From positions 62,001 through 126,000 of the IMG/VR virus record IMGVR_UViG_3300028920_000001: a stretch of 64,000 nt of DNA. One strand, given 5' to 3'. Every line of letters begins with the position of its first letter. Positions within the stretch are counted from its first letter, which is position 1. A program made the position numbers and the translations under genes. Below the pieces are notes generated by a model. The model searched no databases. It was given only the letters and a program-made list of their open reading frames with translations, and had not been told where the DNA came from. This document shows, in pieces, positions 1-10,196 of this stretch.

Positions 1-765
1 GCGTGTTTTGTGGTCTGTTCGCCATTTATTGGTTTTGCGGAATTTCTTTTTATACGGCTCGGTACCATTGCTGATCCAACGAGTTTTCTTAATTGGTTTC
101 TTGATTTGAACGTTTCGACTATACAAAACCACACGTAACTTACTTAAATCTTCAGTGACTTCATAAGTTTCGGCATGTAAATAAACTGAAGCTGGATATG
201 GATTCTTAAAAACTAAATCAAGTTCAGGATAACTAACAGTTGCATCAAACCCTCGTTTGATATAAGTCGATGGTCTCGAATGAGAAGTTCGCTGCACAAT
301 TTCCATTCCTGACATTAATGCTGCAGCATGGATTGTAGAACTTACCTGACAAGTTCCACCACCGTATTCTTCTTTAAATTCACCGAGATAAATTATGATA
401 GAAGTCATATACCCGAATTCTTCTGTTCGGGGACCTACTGTTTTATTATAAGAAAATGAATCACCAGGATGAATTGGGATCCATTCTAAATTTGCTACAT
501 TAGTCTTAATATTATGAGCTCGATTTTCATATCGGGAGGTTTTATATTTACCTACATGCTGGTAAATAGTTTCATATTCTCCCACCACATGATACTTATC
601 ATATGATTCTGGTGATTTTATTTCAGGAAAAGTAATTTCCGGCCATTTCTGAAGAACTAATAGCTGTGGCTGTGGCTGTGGCTGTGGTTCAGTTTTACAA
701 GCTGGGATTAGATAAGAGATCGTAATTCCGATAAAGACTGAGGTGAGAATTCTGATCAAATTCAT
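1..765 (-). CDS. VanW-like protein (exported/membrane-anchored), 3' end runs off the window
   Basis: Not in ORF track. Hand translation from ATG at 765 is open to base 1: N-terminal hydrophobic segment, PQPQPQPQ linker, then GGGTCQVSSTIHAAAL..GMEIVQRTSHSRP...GFDATV..ELDLVFKNP, typical of VanW domains. Confidence 0.75.
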   Translation of the reverse strand, partial: MNLIRILTSVFIGITISYLIPACKTEPQPQPQPQLLVLQKWPEITFPEIKSPESYDKYHVVGEYETIYQHVGKYKTSRYENRAHNIKTNVANLEWIPIHPGDSFSYNKTVGPRTEEFGYMTSIIIYLGEFKEEYGGGTCQVSSTIHAAALMSGMEIVQRTSHSRPSTYIKRGFDATVSYPELDLVFKNPYPASVYLHAETYEVTEDLSKLRVVLYSRNVQIKKPIKKTRWISNGTEPYKKKFRKTNKWRTDHKTR

Positions 766-1169
766 TAGCTCTCCATCACTTCAGCTATTCCAGCTAAAAG
801 AACTAAATTGTCGATTTGGCTCTTATACTGAAAAATGTACACATAGGCGCTTCGGCTACCTTGTTGACCCGTCTCAACAGCAACAAACCAAAATCGGCTA
901 CAAGTAAGATGCTTATCCTTAATGTCTGCAATTACACCTTCAAAGTTACCTTTTTTAAGCATATTTTTAACTGAGACAACACCATTCTTTTCCCAATCTG
1001 TTGAACCGGCAAAGAAATAGTAAATACAATTAAGTTCAAGAGTTTCTGTGGATAGTTTCCAACGATCTGGCTCCCAATACCGACAAAAATTCCAGGGCAC
1101 TTGATTATAAAATCGCTGCTGAGGGACTTTCTTTTTCCGTTTAGGAGCAGGATTCCAGGGCCAGTTCAT
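765..1169 (-). CDS. hypothetical protein with C-terminal VMES tag
   Basis: ORF track; ends AGIAEVMES*. Confidence 0.7.
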   Translation of the reverse strand: MNWPWNPAPKRKKKVPQQRFYNQVPWNFCRYWEPDRWKLSTETLELNCIYYFFAGSTDWEKNGVVSVKNMLKKGNFEGVIADIKDKHLTCSRFWFVAVETGQQGSRSAYVYIFQYKSQIDNLVLLAGIAEVMES

Positions 1170-2137
1170 TACTGTTCCCCAAATAGATGGGCGTTTCCAG
1201 TCTTAGTAATGATTCGTCCTTTCGGGGTTTTTTCCACCAGACCAAGCCGCATCAGGTTAGGCTCAATGACTTCCTCAATAGTATCTTTGGACTCACCGAG
1301 GAGAGAAACTAAAGTGGTGAATGCCACTGGCTGATTTTTCTCAGCCAGCACCCGTAGGTATCGCTGGGAGTTTACATCAAGTCCGATGCAATCGATTCCA
1401 AGTCGGTCACAAGTGTATTCAACCAGACGATCATCCACGATGTTAGTAACCTGTACCTGCGCAAAGTCTCGAACTCGACGCAGGATTCGGTTAGCCACCC
1501 GGGGAGTACCTCGGGCTCGACGGGCGAGCTCCTTTGCACCTCGGTCAGTACAGACCATTCCCAGCTTTTCGGCAGATTTAGTGACGATTTGGGTCAGTTC
1601 GTCTTCAGTGTAGAGCTGCATTTCGACTAGGACGCCGAATCGGTCCCGCAGTGGACGCTGCAGCATGCCAGCTCGAGTGGTAGCTCCGATGAGAGTGAAC
1701 GGCTCAAGCTTGATAGTCAGAGGCTGATTCCCTGCCACGACCTCCAATTTGAAATCTTCCATGGCCGGGTATAGGACTTCTTCGACCCGGTTGTTCAGGC
1801 TGTGGATTTCATCCAGGAAGAGGATATCTCCCTTCCGGAGGGAGGCCAAGACCGAAGCCAATTCACCCTTAGTCTTAATAGATGGGGCATTGACTACGAC
1901 CAGTTTGGCACCCATTTCGTTGGCGAGAATACCCGCGAGAGTGGTTTTGCCGAGGCCCGGGGGTCCAGCCAGCAGGATGTGGTCAAGTGCTTCCCTGCGG
2001 CTCAAAGCGGCCTTCACATATACTTCGAGATTGGCCTTAGACTCTTCCTGTCCTAGGAAATCGTCGAAGGTGGTCGGCCGAAGAGCCCGATCCAGATTCT
2101 CTTCAGTGTTATTGGTCGTCTCGTGCGTATTCATCAT
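1169..2137 (-). CDS. ruvB: Holliday junction branch migration helicase RuvB
   Basis: LRP..FDDFLGQE, Walker A GPPGLGKTTLA, Walker B ILFLDEIH, FTLIGATTRAG, ARGTPRVANR, LVEKTPKGR. Confidence 0.97.
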   Translation of the reverse strand: MMNTHETTNNTEENLDRALRPTTFDDFLGQEESKANLEVYVKAALSRREALDHILLAGPPGLGKTTLAGILANEMGAKLVVVNAPSIKTKGELASVLASLRKGDILFLDEIHSLNNRVEEVLYPAMEDFKLEVVAGNQPLTIKLEPFTLIGATTRAGMLQRPLRDRFGVLVEMQLYTEDELTQIVTKSAEKLGMVCTDRGAKELARRARGTPRVANRILRRVRDFAQVQVTNIVDDRLVEYTCDRLGIDCIGLDVNSQRYLRVLAEKNQPVAFTTLVSLLGESKDTIEEVIEPNLMRLGLVEKTPKGRIITKTGNAHLFGEQ

Positions 2138-2166
2138 ATTAATGAATACGGAACGACCAGATTCAC

Positions 2167-2493
2167 TTACGCCTGTCCGATGGGCTTACCCCAAATAGCA
2201 TCCCACCCATCTCGATAGGCTTCAGTGGCGGCTGTCGAAGGTCCTTTAGATTCTTCAGGTTCGATCTTTTTACGATTTTGCCGATAAATATATTCCATGT
2301 CAAATCGGGAATCGTTTTTTCGAGCGGTGAGTTGAACAGCATCTCCTCCAAGTAGATTAAGAGGCTTACCTTGTGGTACTGGCCGAAATTCACCTATTTC
2401 AATTCTCTTTTCAGAATCATTACATACAATTGCTACTCTCCCATTTTCAGTAGGTGGTCCTAGAATAGCATAATCTTTAGATTTCTCGGTCAT
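2167..2493 (-). CDS. hypothetical protein
   Basis: 108-aa ORF collinear with neighbours. Confidence 0.6.
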   Translation of the reverse strand: MTEKSKDYAILGPPTENGRVAIVCNDSEKRIEIGEFRPVPQGKPLNLLGGDAVQLTARKNDSRFDMEYIYRQNRKKIEPEESKGPSTAATEAYRDGWDAIWGKPIGQA

Positions 2494-2532
2494 AATATCT
2501 ATTATGCAGAGTACTCTTTTATTTACATTTGA

Positions 2533-3009
2533 TTAGCAATACATCACTAATACAATTTGCCAATATTCTTCATCAAGTATATTCTTCAAAGCTCTATTTA
2601 GAGTAGTCAGACTAATTTTATGTCGATGATTTTCTTCACTAGGTATTTGCGACTTATCAGGTGCGCCTAGATAAAACCAGGTTTCTTCAGCACCCGGTAC
2701 TTTTTCTGCTTTATTTGGATAATTTTGATAAGCCATTTCAATCAGCTTTTGCATAGCTTTTTCTGGATCAATCATCCAATGAGATGGAATCCTGAAAAGA
2801 AAAGAACCATCAGATGGATAACTTTGATCTCTTAATTCAATATTGATATGCGATGTAGTTTGATGTTCTCCTGATTCTAAATTTGCTTCCCATTCTTCAA
2901 GCCAGGCTCGAATGTGCAATCTAGGTAAGTTTGTGATGGCAATCCCATTCATATTATAATAAAAAGATTCGCTAGTGTGAGTTGCTCCCAATTGAAGTTG
3001 AAAAGTCAT
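2533..3009 (-). CDS. hypothetical protein with variant C-terminal tag (VMYC)
   Basis: ends WQIVLVMYC*. Confidence 0.65.
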   Translation of the reverse strand: MTFQLQLGATHTSESFYYNMNGIAITNLPRLHIRAWLEEWEANLESGEHQTTSHINIELRDQSYPSDGSFLFRIPSHWMIDPEKAMQKLIEMAYQNYPNKAEKVPGAEETWFYLGAPDKSQIPSEENHRHKISLTTLNRALKNILDEEYWQIVLVMYC

Positions 3010-3281
3010 GATTGCATCACCAAAATTACGGTTAACTCTTCTTCTGTCATGGAAATGGAATCATTTGGAATAAATTCGCCTTCTATATCATGATGCTCAC
3101 CAACATAATCCCGTTCGTTATGAAGATCACATCGTCCAAATATAAAAGTTAAACGTAACCGCCTACTAGTTGAATAATACCAAAATTGAGCTTTGCGCGG
3201 ACAATTACAACTACAGATTGAAGCATCATGTCCATGAAAATAAATATGGTTGGGATCAATATTTTCTGATTTAAAATTCAC
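3006..3281 (-). CDS. hypothetical protein with C-terminal VMQS tag
   Basis: ends TVILVMQS*; ATGA overlap with next gene. Confidence 0.7.
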   Translation of the reverse strand: MNFKSENIDPNHIYFHGHDASICSCNCPRKAQFWYYSTSRRLRLTFIFGRCDLHNERDYVGEHHDIEGEFIPNDSISMTEEELTVILVMQS

Positions 3282-3289
3282 TAATGAAA

Positions 3290-3601
3290 TTACACTTCAG
3301 TTTGCATTAAAAGAGCTCCGAATCCGGTCATTATTATCCGTCTTTGTAATGGCTGTTTAACCGCGACTCGAGACCACTGAAGAATACACATGATTAGTTG
3401 ATCTTCAGTAAAACACCCTCTCAAGTCTGCCATAGCTTTTTCAGCTAATTTAATTTCGTCTATATTATCAGATTGGGTAGCAACAGACTTCAGATTTTGA
3501 ATCATTTGCGCTTTAGGTATTAATTTTAATTGAGCTCGACGCTCTTTAACCTGATTCACATTTTTCGCATTCTTCGGATTCATGCCTAGGTTTATACACA
3601 C
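3290..3601 (-). CDS. hypothetical protein
   Basis: 103-aa ORF; start uncertain. Confidence 0.5.
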   Translation of the reverse strand: MCINLGMNPKNAKNVNQVKERRAQLKLIPKAQMIQNLKSVATQSDNIDEIKLAEKAMADLRGCFTEDQLIMCILQWSRVAVKQPLQRRIIMTGFGALLMQTEV

Positions 3602-3881
3602 CGGTAACTGCTACGATTGCCTTTTCAAGTGTGTCACAAATTGTATTTAATTCTGAATTATACCGGGACGAAGCTACGAACAAATCACTTGAAATATCAT
3701 CAAATAAGGAATCTTTCAATAATCCTGCAAATACTAATTCCCAAGCTCTGTTTGCTAATTCGTTATATTTTGTAATGAGTTGTTCGGTTCCATATAGCTC
3801 AACAAATCCACTTCTATTAGGATTACTAATTTGGTGATTCGCTATTCTGATAGCTAGATTATGGAGGATTTGGTCGTCCAT
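3546..3881 (-). CDS. hypothetical protein, possible type-A N-terminal leader
   Basis: begins MDDQILHNLAIRIAN. Confidence 0.55.
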   Translation of the reverse strand: MDDQILHNLAIRIANHQISNPNRSGFVELYGTEQLITKYNELANRAWELVFAGLLKDSLFDDISSDLFVASSRYNSELNTICDTLEKAIVAVTGVYKPRHESEECEKCESG

Positions 3882-5049
3882 TACCTATAGCATCTGAATA
3901 AAATTTGAGCATTTTAGGATCATTTTTAATTCGCTTTCTCATTCGAGCTAAAGCCATATTTTCGAGCTGTCGGATTCTTTCACGAGAAAGACTGTATCTG
4001 TTTCCTAATTCCTGAAGGGTGTTTTCTTTTAGGCCAAACCGTGATTCAATTATGTCTTTTTCACGACGAGGCAATCCGGTCATCAATTGATCCACAATTT
4101 CTTTAGTTTCTTTCTCTTCGAGTTGAATATCCGGTTGTTTAACTTTAGAATCCTTAATCATATCCATCAAAGTTGTTATTCCATCATCGCCGATGAGATT
4201 ATCTAAAGAAGCAACTCCCATATCTCTAGCTTTTTGTAAAGTAATAACTTTGTCAGAAGTAATGTTGGCTTTTTGGGCCAAATTTTCTATGGAGATCTGA
4301 TTTCCAGTTCGTACGTAATATTCTTCTTCCAATTTTTCCAAATTATAAATTTTATCTGAAACATGGACTGGATTACGAATTATTTTCATTTTATCTGCTA
4401 AATATCTACGCATGCTTTGTTTGATCCACCAACAAGCATACGTAGAAAATCGAACTTCATTACGCCAATCAAATTTTTCGACGGCTCTCATGAGTCCCAT
4501 ATTACCTTCTTGAATTAAATCCGGTATTAGACCGGCAATATTAATTTTGTATACGAGTGAAACTACTAATCTTAGATTATGTCGAACAATTTGATTTTTA
4601 GTCTCAATACATGGTCTTCTTAATTCCAAAAGTTTATTTATCCAATCAATACCACCATTTTTAAATTCCGCTTTCAATATTTCAAAATATAAATCTGATT
4701 GGATATTTTTAATTAAAGGATGGTTCTTAGATTCTTTGACGTAGAATTTGGAAGCTTTTTCAATTTCTCTGGTTTTAAGTAATTTAATTAGACGTTTCAG
4801 AGGTTTAAGGGCAGCTTGTTTATCTTCTCTTTGACTTCGTGAAAATTTGTCTATATATGAAGTTAAAATCGGAATTGAAATCTTAGGCATACTAACTAGA
4901 TGTTTGAGATATGCATCTTCTTGTTTTTCTAATAACTGAAATATCTCTCTTTCTTCTTCTCGAGAAAATAAAGTATTTTTACTTATGCTCGAGTAATACT
5001 TAATGAAAGATGATTCGGTTGGTTTTTTGCTATGATTTAGGTTCTGCAT
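3859..5049 (-). CDS. RNA polymerase sigma70-family factor (RpoD/RpoS-like)
   Basis: region 2 NLRLVVS...DLIQEGNMGLMRAVEKFD...RFSTYACWWIKQ; region 4 HTH TLQELG..YSLSRERIRQLE. Confidence 0.93.
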   Translation of the reverse strand: MQNLNHSKKPTESSFIKYYSSISKNTLFSREEEREIFQLLEKQEDAYLKHLVSMPKISIPILTSYIDKFSRSQREDKQAALKPLKRLIKLLKTREIEKASKFYVKESKNHPLIKNIQSDLYFEILKAEFKNGGIDWINKLLELRRPCIETKNQIVRHNLRLVVSLVYKINIAGLIPDLIQEGNMGLMRAVEKFDWRNEVRFSTYACWWIKQSMRRYLADKMKIIRNPVHVSDKIYNLEKLEEEYYVRTGNQISIENLAQKANITSDKVITLQKARDMGVASLDNLIGDDGITTLMDMIKDSKVKQPDIQLEEKETKEIVDQLMTGLPRREKDIIESRFGLKENTLQELGNRYSLSRERIRQLENMALARMRKRIKNDPKMLKFYSDAIGNGRPNPP

Positions 5050-5080
5050 GGGAAGAAATGGATTTTACCTAAAACTACAA

Positions 5081-5407
5081 TTACAATTTTAGGTTATCCT
5101 TAATTTCTTCTAATTTCGATAATCTATTATCTAATATCCCATCTTTCTCTCTTAGTATATTTAAGAATTTCCAATCTTCGTCAGTAATTTGTTTAATTTC
5201 ATATTTGGACGGTTTAACCCCAGTCTTTGATAACACCAGGGCCCGTTCTACTCCGGTTGGATCAAATGTGATTTGATTAGTATCAATACCAGCCGATTTG
5301 ATCAAACCCAGAATCTTTTCATATCCGGCTTTAGATCCATCTTTCGATATTACCTCTACTAAATATATACCATATCCTAAAGATTTTAAAAATAGTTGGT
5401 GTACCAT
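5081..5407 (-). CDS. hypothetical protein
   Basis: 108-aa ORF. Confidence 0.55.
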   Translation of the reverse strand: MVHQLFLKSLGYGIYLVEVISKDGSKAGYEKILGLIKSAGIDTNQITFDPTGVERALVLSKTGVKPSKYEIKQITDEDWKFLNILREKDGILDNRLSKLEEIKDNLKL

Positions 5408-5833
5408 CTCATACCTGTAATGTTATATATGCCAAATTTCAATCAGGCTGCCACCACTGAATTAATTCAGACAACCATTAGGAATACTCTACGTAGTTTT
5501 GTACCTAAGGAGCTTATCAAAGAGTCAGAAATTGACGCTATAGTAGAGATTTGTATGATGTCAATTAATCCTACTGGAAAAGAAAAACCTAGAAAATTAA
5601 TGGCTTTAATTTCCAATGGTTTACTTGAAAATGTTATTATTCAATTCCCTAAGTTGCAGAATACAGCATTTGACAAAGTTAGTTCATTGTTCGTTATTGA
5701 ATGGTGCTATCGTCATGGACATCTAAAGAGCGATTGGTATTGGAAATGGACTGCACCGCGAAAGGGCCAATTATTTTATCAATCCGATGTGCCTATTAAT
5801 GAAATTGAATTGCCTTCAGATAATCAAAAATGA
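5396..5833 (+). CDS. hypothetical protein
   Basis: 145-aa ORF; true start probably downstream (MPNFNQ). Confidence 0.55.
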   Translation: MVYHLIPVMLYMPNFNQAATTELIQTTIRNTLRSFVPKELIKESEIDAIVEICMMSINPTGKEKPRKLMALISNGLLENVIIQFPKLQNTAFDKVSSLFVIEWCYRHGHLKSDWYWKWTAPRKGQLFYQSDVPINEIELPSDNQK

Positions 5834-5954
5834 ATCTGCCAATTTTTTATATGATTCAAAAAACTCGAGTAGAGATTTAGACATTTCTTGTTCAGATCTT
5901 TGTGCCGTCTGAATAGCATTGTTATAAATTAATATACAATCGACTTCAAGTGTA

Positions 5955-7142
5955 TCAAACACAATTGTCTATTATTTGCCAGGGAAGGCCATACTTATTC
6001 AAATCTTCCATGAAAGGATCTGGATTTAGTTGTTCCAGACAGAAGGTCCCTACACCTTCCCATTTTCCTTCCATGATCATTTTAGCACCAATCATCGCGG
6101 GAACACCTGTAGTATAAGATACAGCTTGAGATCCTACTTCTTCATAACATTGTTCATGATCACAGTTATTGTAAAGGAATAATGATTTCTTTTCTCCCAT
6201 ATGATTAGTACCTTTAACTAAACAACCAATGCAGGTTTTTCCTTTGGTTCTAACGCCTAATGAAGCCGGAGTTGGAAGAATGAAATCAAGAAATTGAAGA
6301 GGAACAATTTCCTGACCTTTGTAAACGACTGGCTCGATTGAAGTCATTCCGACATTTTCTAAAACATGAAGATGATTTAAATATTGATCTGAAAATGTCA
6401 TCCAAAATCTCATTCGTCTGATTTCAGGAAAATGTTTAGTAAGAGATTCCATTTCTTCATGAAACATCAAATAAGCACGCCGAGTTCCAACTCCGGGAAA
6501 ATCAAAATCTCTGAAATCACTTAATGGTGGAGTTTCTTTCCACTCACCTTCCCAGTACTTTCCTTTTTGGGTGATTTCACGAATATTAATCTCAGTATTG
6601 AAATTAGTAGCAAAGGGATGGCCATGATCACCACCATTGCAATCTAAAATGTCAACGGTTTCTATTTGTTCGAAATTGTGTTTCTTTAAATAAGCAATGA
6701 AGACATTAGTTACACCGGGGTCAAAGCCGCTACCAAGTAAGGCCATGATCCCGGCGTCCTTGAACCTGTCATGGTATTTCCATTGATGAGAATAACTGAA
6801 AGTTAACTGATTTGGAGCTTCATAATTAGCAGTATCAAGATAATGAGTCTTAGTCTGAAGACAAGCTTCCATTATTTTGAGATCCTGATATGGCAAAGCA
6901 GTATTAATAACTATTTCAGGTTCATATTCTTTAATTAAAGCAACGGTTTCTTCAACATTATTAGCATCAAGTTTTTCAGCAATTACGTTAGGTGGATTCT
7001 TTAATCGTTTCTTAACGTCTTGGCATTTAGATAATGTACGACTAGCTAAAACAATACGATCAAAAATCTCTGGAACCTGAAAACATTTTTGAGCAGTTAC
7101 ATTTCCAACTCCACCGAGTCCAATAATCAATATTGTTCCCAT
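5955..7142 (-). CDS. carboxy(nor)spermidine dehydrogenase (saccharopine dehydrogenase family)
   Basis: Rossmann IIGLGGVG, INTALPYQDLKIMEAC..HYLDTANYE, GSGFDPGVTNVF, DILDCNGGDHGHPFATNFN.EINIRE, SQAVSYTTGVPAMIGA. Confidence 0.92.
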   Translation of the reverse strand: MGTILIIGLGGVGNVTAQKCFQVPEIFDRIVLASRTLSKCQDVKKRLKNPPNVIAEKLDANNVEETVALIKEYEPEIVINTALPYQDLKIMEACLQTKTHYLDTANYEAPNQLTFSYSHQWKYHDRFKDAGIMALLGSGFDPGVTNVFIAYLKKHNFEQIETVDILDCNGGDHGHPFATNFNTEINIREITQKGKYWEGEWKETPPLSDFRDFDFPGVGTRRAYLMFHEEMESLTKHFPEIRRMRFWMTFSDQYLNHLHVLENVGMTSIEPVVYKGQEIVPLQFLDFILPTPASLGVRTKGKTCIGCLVKGTNHMGEKKSLFLYNNCDHEQCYEEVGSQAVSYTTGVPAMIGAKMIMEGKWEGVGTFCLEQLNPDPFMEDLNKYGLPWQIIDNCV

Positions 7143-7195
7143 AATCTTGTCTCCTATTAGAATATAATGTCTAATAGGACTTTACGCTTTATTAA

Positions 7196-7462
7196 TTATT
7201 TTGATTCTTCGACTTTATTTGAAATAATAGCTTGTTCTTCCTCTTCCAGATCCCAATTGGCAAAATCCCAATTAGTTACAGATCTAATTTCACCACCATT
7301 TTTAGTACGACGGATAGCATAAAATCTCCAACCTTGCTTATCAAGATATACTAAATTTTTGTAAGTAGATAGAGCTCGGCGGATAGTTTCCCACTCTCCA
7401 GGCTTCTTGGTTGCCTTCTTGATATAATCAACCAAATCTTTGATGTAAGGAGGAAACTTCAC
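7196..7462 (-). CDS. hypothetical protein
   Basis: 88-aa ORF, GTG start. Confidence 0.55.
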   Translation of the reverse strand: MKFPPYIKDLVDYIKKATKKPGEWETIRRALSTYKNLVYLDKQGWRFYAIRRTKNGGEIRSVTNWDFANWDLEEEEQAIISNKVEESK

Positions 7463-7611
7463 GATTCCATTATATTTCGGACGATTTCATACCTGGTGTC
7501 AAGATGATTTAAAATCAATTTACGAATGCTCGAGCTCAATAGGACTCCTAGGAAAAATGCTATATAATGGGAACTATTTATGGCTTGTAGATAATCAATT
7601 ATCCAATCCAT
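7459..7611 (-). CDS. 50-aa membrane protein with C-terminal IMES tag (below ORF-track cutoff)
   Basis: hand translation MDWIIDYLQAINSSHYIAFFLGVLLSSSIRKLILNHLDTRYEIVRNIMES*. Confidence 0.7.
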   Translation of the reverse strand: MDWIIDYLQAINSSHYIAFFLGVLLSSSIRKLILNHLDTRYEIVRNIMES

Positions 7612-7619
7612 ATGTTATT

Positions 7620-7883
7620 TTACAATTCAGGTTTTTCTTTACATCTTTGGAGTCGAGGATTACTTTCCATCATTAGAATTAATTTAATATTCCCAACGCC
7701 AGAATAAAGATGATCTAAGTAATCCCGATCATCTAAATGAAATACCTTGGCTGCTCCCCAAACTGAAACTGACCTTCCATCTTGGAGCAGTTTAGTGGCT
7801 GAAGAACCACAAATACAAAATGTCCATTTTGAAAAAATAGATTGAAAAATATGACATTTACTACAAGTTGTGATTTTCATCAA
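7620..7883 (-). CDS. hypothetical protein (CxxC motifs)
   Basis: CSKC...CICG. Confidence 0.55.
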   Translation of the reverse strand: MMKITTCSKCHIFQSIFSKWTFCICGSSATKLLQDGRSVSVWGAAKVFHLDDRDYLDHLYSGVGNIKLILMMESNPRLQRCKEKPEL

Positions 7884-7885
7884 TA

Positions 7886-8302
7886 CTAAGATTCCATAAT
7901 TTCTTCAACTAAACTTTGATCTAGCATTTCTATAATTTCCTCTCGAGTCCAATTATAATCTTTAGCTAAAATTCTGAAAGATTGGATTAACATCTCTCTT
8001 TGTTGTTGTTTGACATATTCTGGATCATAACCATGAGTTTGAAATTCCATTCCTGATTCCGAAGCTGAACCGGAATAAAGAACAAGATCTCCTCCATTTT
8101 CATACCCCATATTTCCTCTGAATATTAAATTAGCTCCATCTGCATTAAGTTCTTCATTTAGAAATTTGATGTTTCCAGTGTTCCCGATTTCTACTTTTTC
8201 CCCAATTTTAATATGGGTGTTGGAATTGTCACAGAATTTTACAGTTCCACCCGGGCTTACCAAATTGGGATCTAATTCAGAACTATATATATTCTGACTC
8301 AT
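7886..8302 (-). CDS. hypothetical protein with C-terminal IMES tag
   Basis: ends LVEEIMES*. Confidence 0.7.
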   Translation of the reverse strand: MSQNIYSSELDPNLVSPGGTVKFCDNSNTHIKIGEKVEIGNTGNIKFLNEELNADGANLIFRGNMGYENGGDLVLYSGSASESGMEFQTHGYDPEYVKQQQREMLIQSFRILAKDYNWTREEIIEMLDQSLVEEIMES

Positions 8303-8341
8303 GTTTTAACTATACATTAAGAATTTCTAAAACCCCACATC

Positions 8342-8911
8342 TTAAGTCTCCATTACTTTTGATACGACGCGTTCTTTTTGAACTTCTTTCCAAAGACGAT
8401 TAATGTCCTGAGTAGAAAGTACATTAGCCACCTGATGCATAGTTAATTTCATAGCACGTAAATGAAGTTTGCGATTCTTACGATAAATGGCTTTATTTAG
8501 TCTATTAAGGTAAGTTTTGGTTCGAGTAGCCTGCCTACACCGTTTAATTAAATAATTGTGCATAATAGCTAATTTAGAATCAAAATGAGTCGATAGTTGA
8601 CGAGTCCGACGTAAATAAGGACGTTGACCAGATGGAACATTAAGTAATTTCATTGTAGCTTCAAATAAATTATCACAATCAGATTGAGCCTTTCGAGTAG
8701 AAAATCTGACTATCTTACCATTATATTCGAGATGAAGAAATCCTTCTAAACATTGCGCAACTCTATCAGGAGTAGCCTTTTCCCAATCATGATTTAGTTT
8801 GGAATCAAATCTAAAAGTTACTTTCTTAATGGTAATTTTGTTGAATTCCGTGATCCATTTAGCTTCAATGGCACGCCGTTTAACAGGATCACACCACTTT
8901 TTTCTAGCCAT
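8342..8911 (-). CDS. basic hypothetical protein with C-terminal VMET tag
   Basis: ends VVSKVMET*. Confidence 0.7.
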   Translation of the reverse strand: MARKKWCDPVKRRAIEAKWITEFNKITIKKVTFRFDSKLNHDWEKATPDRVAQCLEGFLHLEYNGKIVRFSTRKAQSDCDNLFEATMKLLNVPSGQRPYLRRTRQLSTHFDSKLAIMHNYLIKRCRQATRTKTYLNRLNKAIYRKNRKLHLRAMKLTMHQVANVLSTQDINRLWKEVQKERVVSKVMET

Positions 8912-8941
8912 TAAGTATGAATACGATGCAAATTTGTGAAT

Positions 8942-9358
8942 TTACGATTCCATGATCGGCTCAATCAAATGAATTTTATAAATAGAAGCTACGGCTTCTT
9001 CGTAAGAAATTCCGTAATTCCACATTGCTTTTCTGAGATCCTTTTCAAATTTAAGTATGAGAAACCAATGATTGAAATCTGTCATTTTTTCTTTAGTAAA
9101 TTCTAAATATTGATTTTGACATTGATCATCCCATACACTACAGTATTTCATGATTTGAACTCCAATATTATAAAGTTCTTCATGAGTAGGCTGATCAAAA
9201 AATGGATAATGTAGATGCATTAATTTGTCAAATAAAGTAGCCCGGTCCCAGCCATTACAAAGATGAATATCCATTTGTTGTCCAAAAATTACTATTAATT
9301 CTGCTCCTCCTTCATAAAGACTACCCAGAGATATTTGTTGGGCATCTGAAAGAGCCAT
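8942..9358 (-). CDS. hypothetical protein with C-terminal IMES tag
   Basis: ends LIEPIMES*. Confidence 0.7.
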   Translation of the reverse strand: MALSDAQQISLGSLYEGGAELIVIFGQQMDIHLCNGWDRATLFDKLMHLHYPFFDQPTHEELYNIGVQIMKYCSVWDDQCQNQYLEFTKEKMTDFNHWFLILKFEKDLRKAMWNYGISYEEAVASIYKIHLIEPIMES

Positions 9359-9546
9359 ATTTGAAATTTACAAATACTAGTATGCACCGTTACAAAGCCA
9401 CGGTGCCACGGCTGTTTTAGTTATTGCCACTAGTATTGCAATTAACACAAATAAAATCGCAATGATATACCTATCCCATCTGCCAGGACACTTATGCTTA
9501 ATTGCAGGTTCTTTTATTTCACCGCAGTTGTCGCAGTAAGCGCCCA

Positions 9547-10128
9547 TTACGAAACACAATAGTCCTTCCATGTCGAAGGAGCTTCGGACTCCTCGATTTG
9601 GATAGGAGCTAATGGCAGGTATTTTGGTTTAACTGGCTTAGAAAGCAGCTTCATACCAGCCTGTTGTGGCGTACGATTGGCCTTCTTGCTATTGCAGTCG
9701 TAACAAGAAGTCACAATGTTTGTCCACTCGGTTTTTCCGCCCTGATCACGTGGGATTACGTGGTCATAGTTGAGTTTCGACGCAGGTAACCGTTGTCCGC
9801 AATACTGACAACGGAATTTGTCTCGTGTCAGAACGTTGATCCGAGAAAATTTAGCTCCACGCTTGATATGGCTGATATTTCGCACCAGCGTAACAACAGC
9901 AGGAACCTTAATTAACAAATAGTCTCCACCATCTTGGTTGTGTTGCGCGGGTAGCGCATCCACCAGCTCTTCGAATTCCTCGAGCTGATCGAGTTCGATA
10001 CAACCAATAATTTCATCATATTCCTCGATAACACGGACCTTTCCGAGGAACATTTTAATGACAGCTTCCTGCCAGTTAATGATTTCATGCGGAGTTCGCC
10101 ACGGGGTCAAAACCAACGTTCGCATCAT
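9547..10128 (-). CDS. HNH endonuclease (McrA-like)
   Basis: FSRINVLTRDKFRCQYCG...YDHVIPRDQGGKTEWTNIVTSCYDCNSKK. Confidence 0.9.
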   Translation of the reverse strand: MMRTLVLTPWRTPHEIINWQEAVIKMFLGKVRVIEEYDEIIGCIELDQLEEFEELVDALPAQHNQDGGDYLLIKVPAVVTLVRNISHIKRGAKFSRINVLTRDKFRCQYCGQRLPASKLNYDHVIPRDQGGKTEWTNIVTSCYDCNSKKANRTPQQAGMKLLSKPVKPKYLPLAPIQIEESEAPSTWKDYCVS

Positions 10129-10196
10129 GACACACCTACCTGCGTTTCTTTTTCCTCATTTCGTTTCTCCTTCTCACCTGTGACGTGAGGGAAATC

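Noticed and set aside
659-690. (GGCTGT)n microsatellite, and the CTG run at about 32560
   Set aside because: Simple coding repeats (PQPQPQPQ linker in the VanW-like gene; polyQ in the lysozyme-like gene); no evidence for phase variation.
1101-2393. Plus-strand and alternative-frame ORFs over ruvB (similarly over Ro60 36189-37517 and tuf 63105-63970)
   Set aside because: Shadow ORFs of GC-rich genes with no recognisable protein features.
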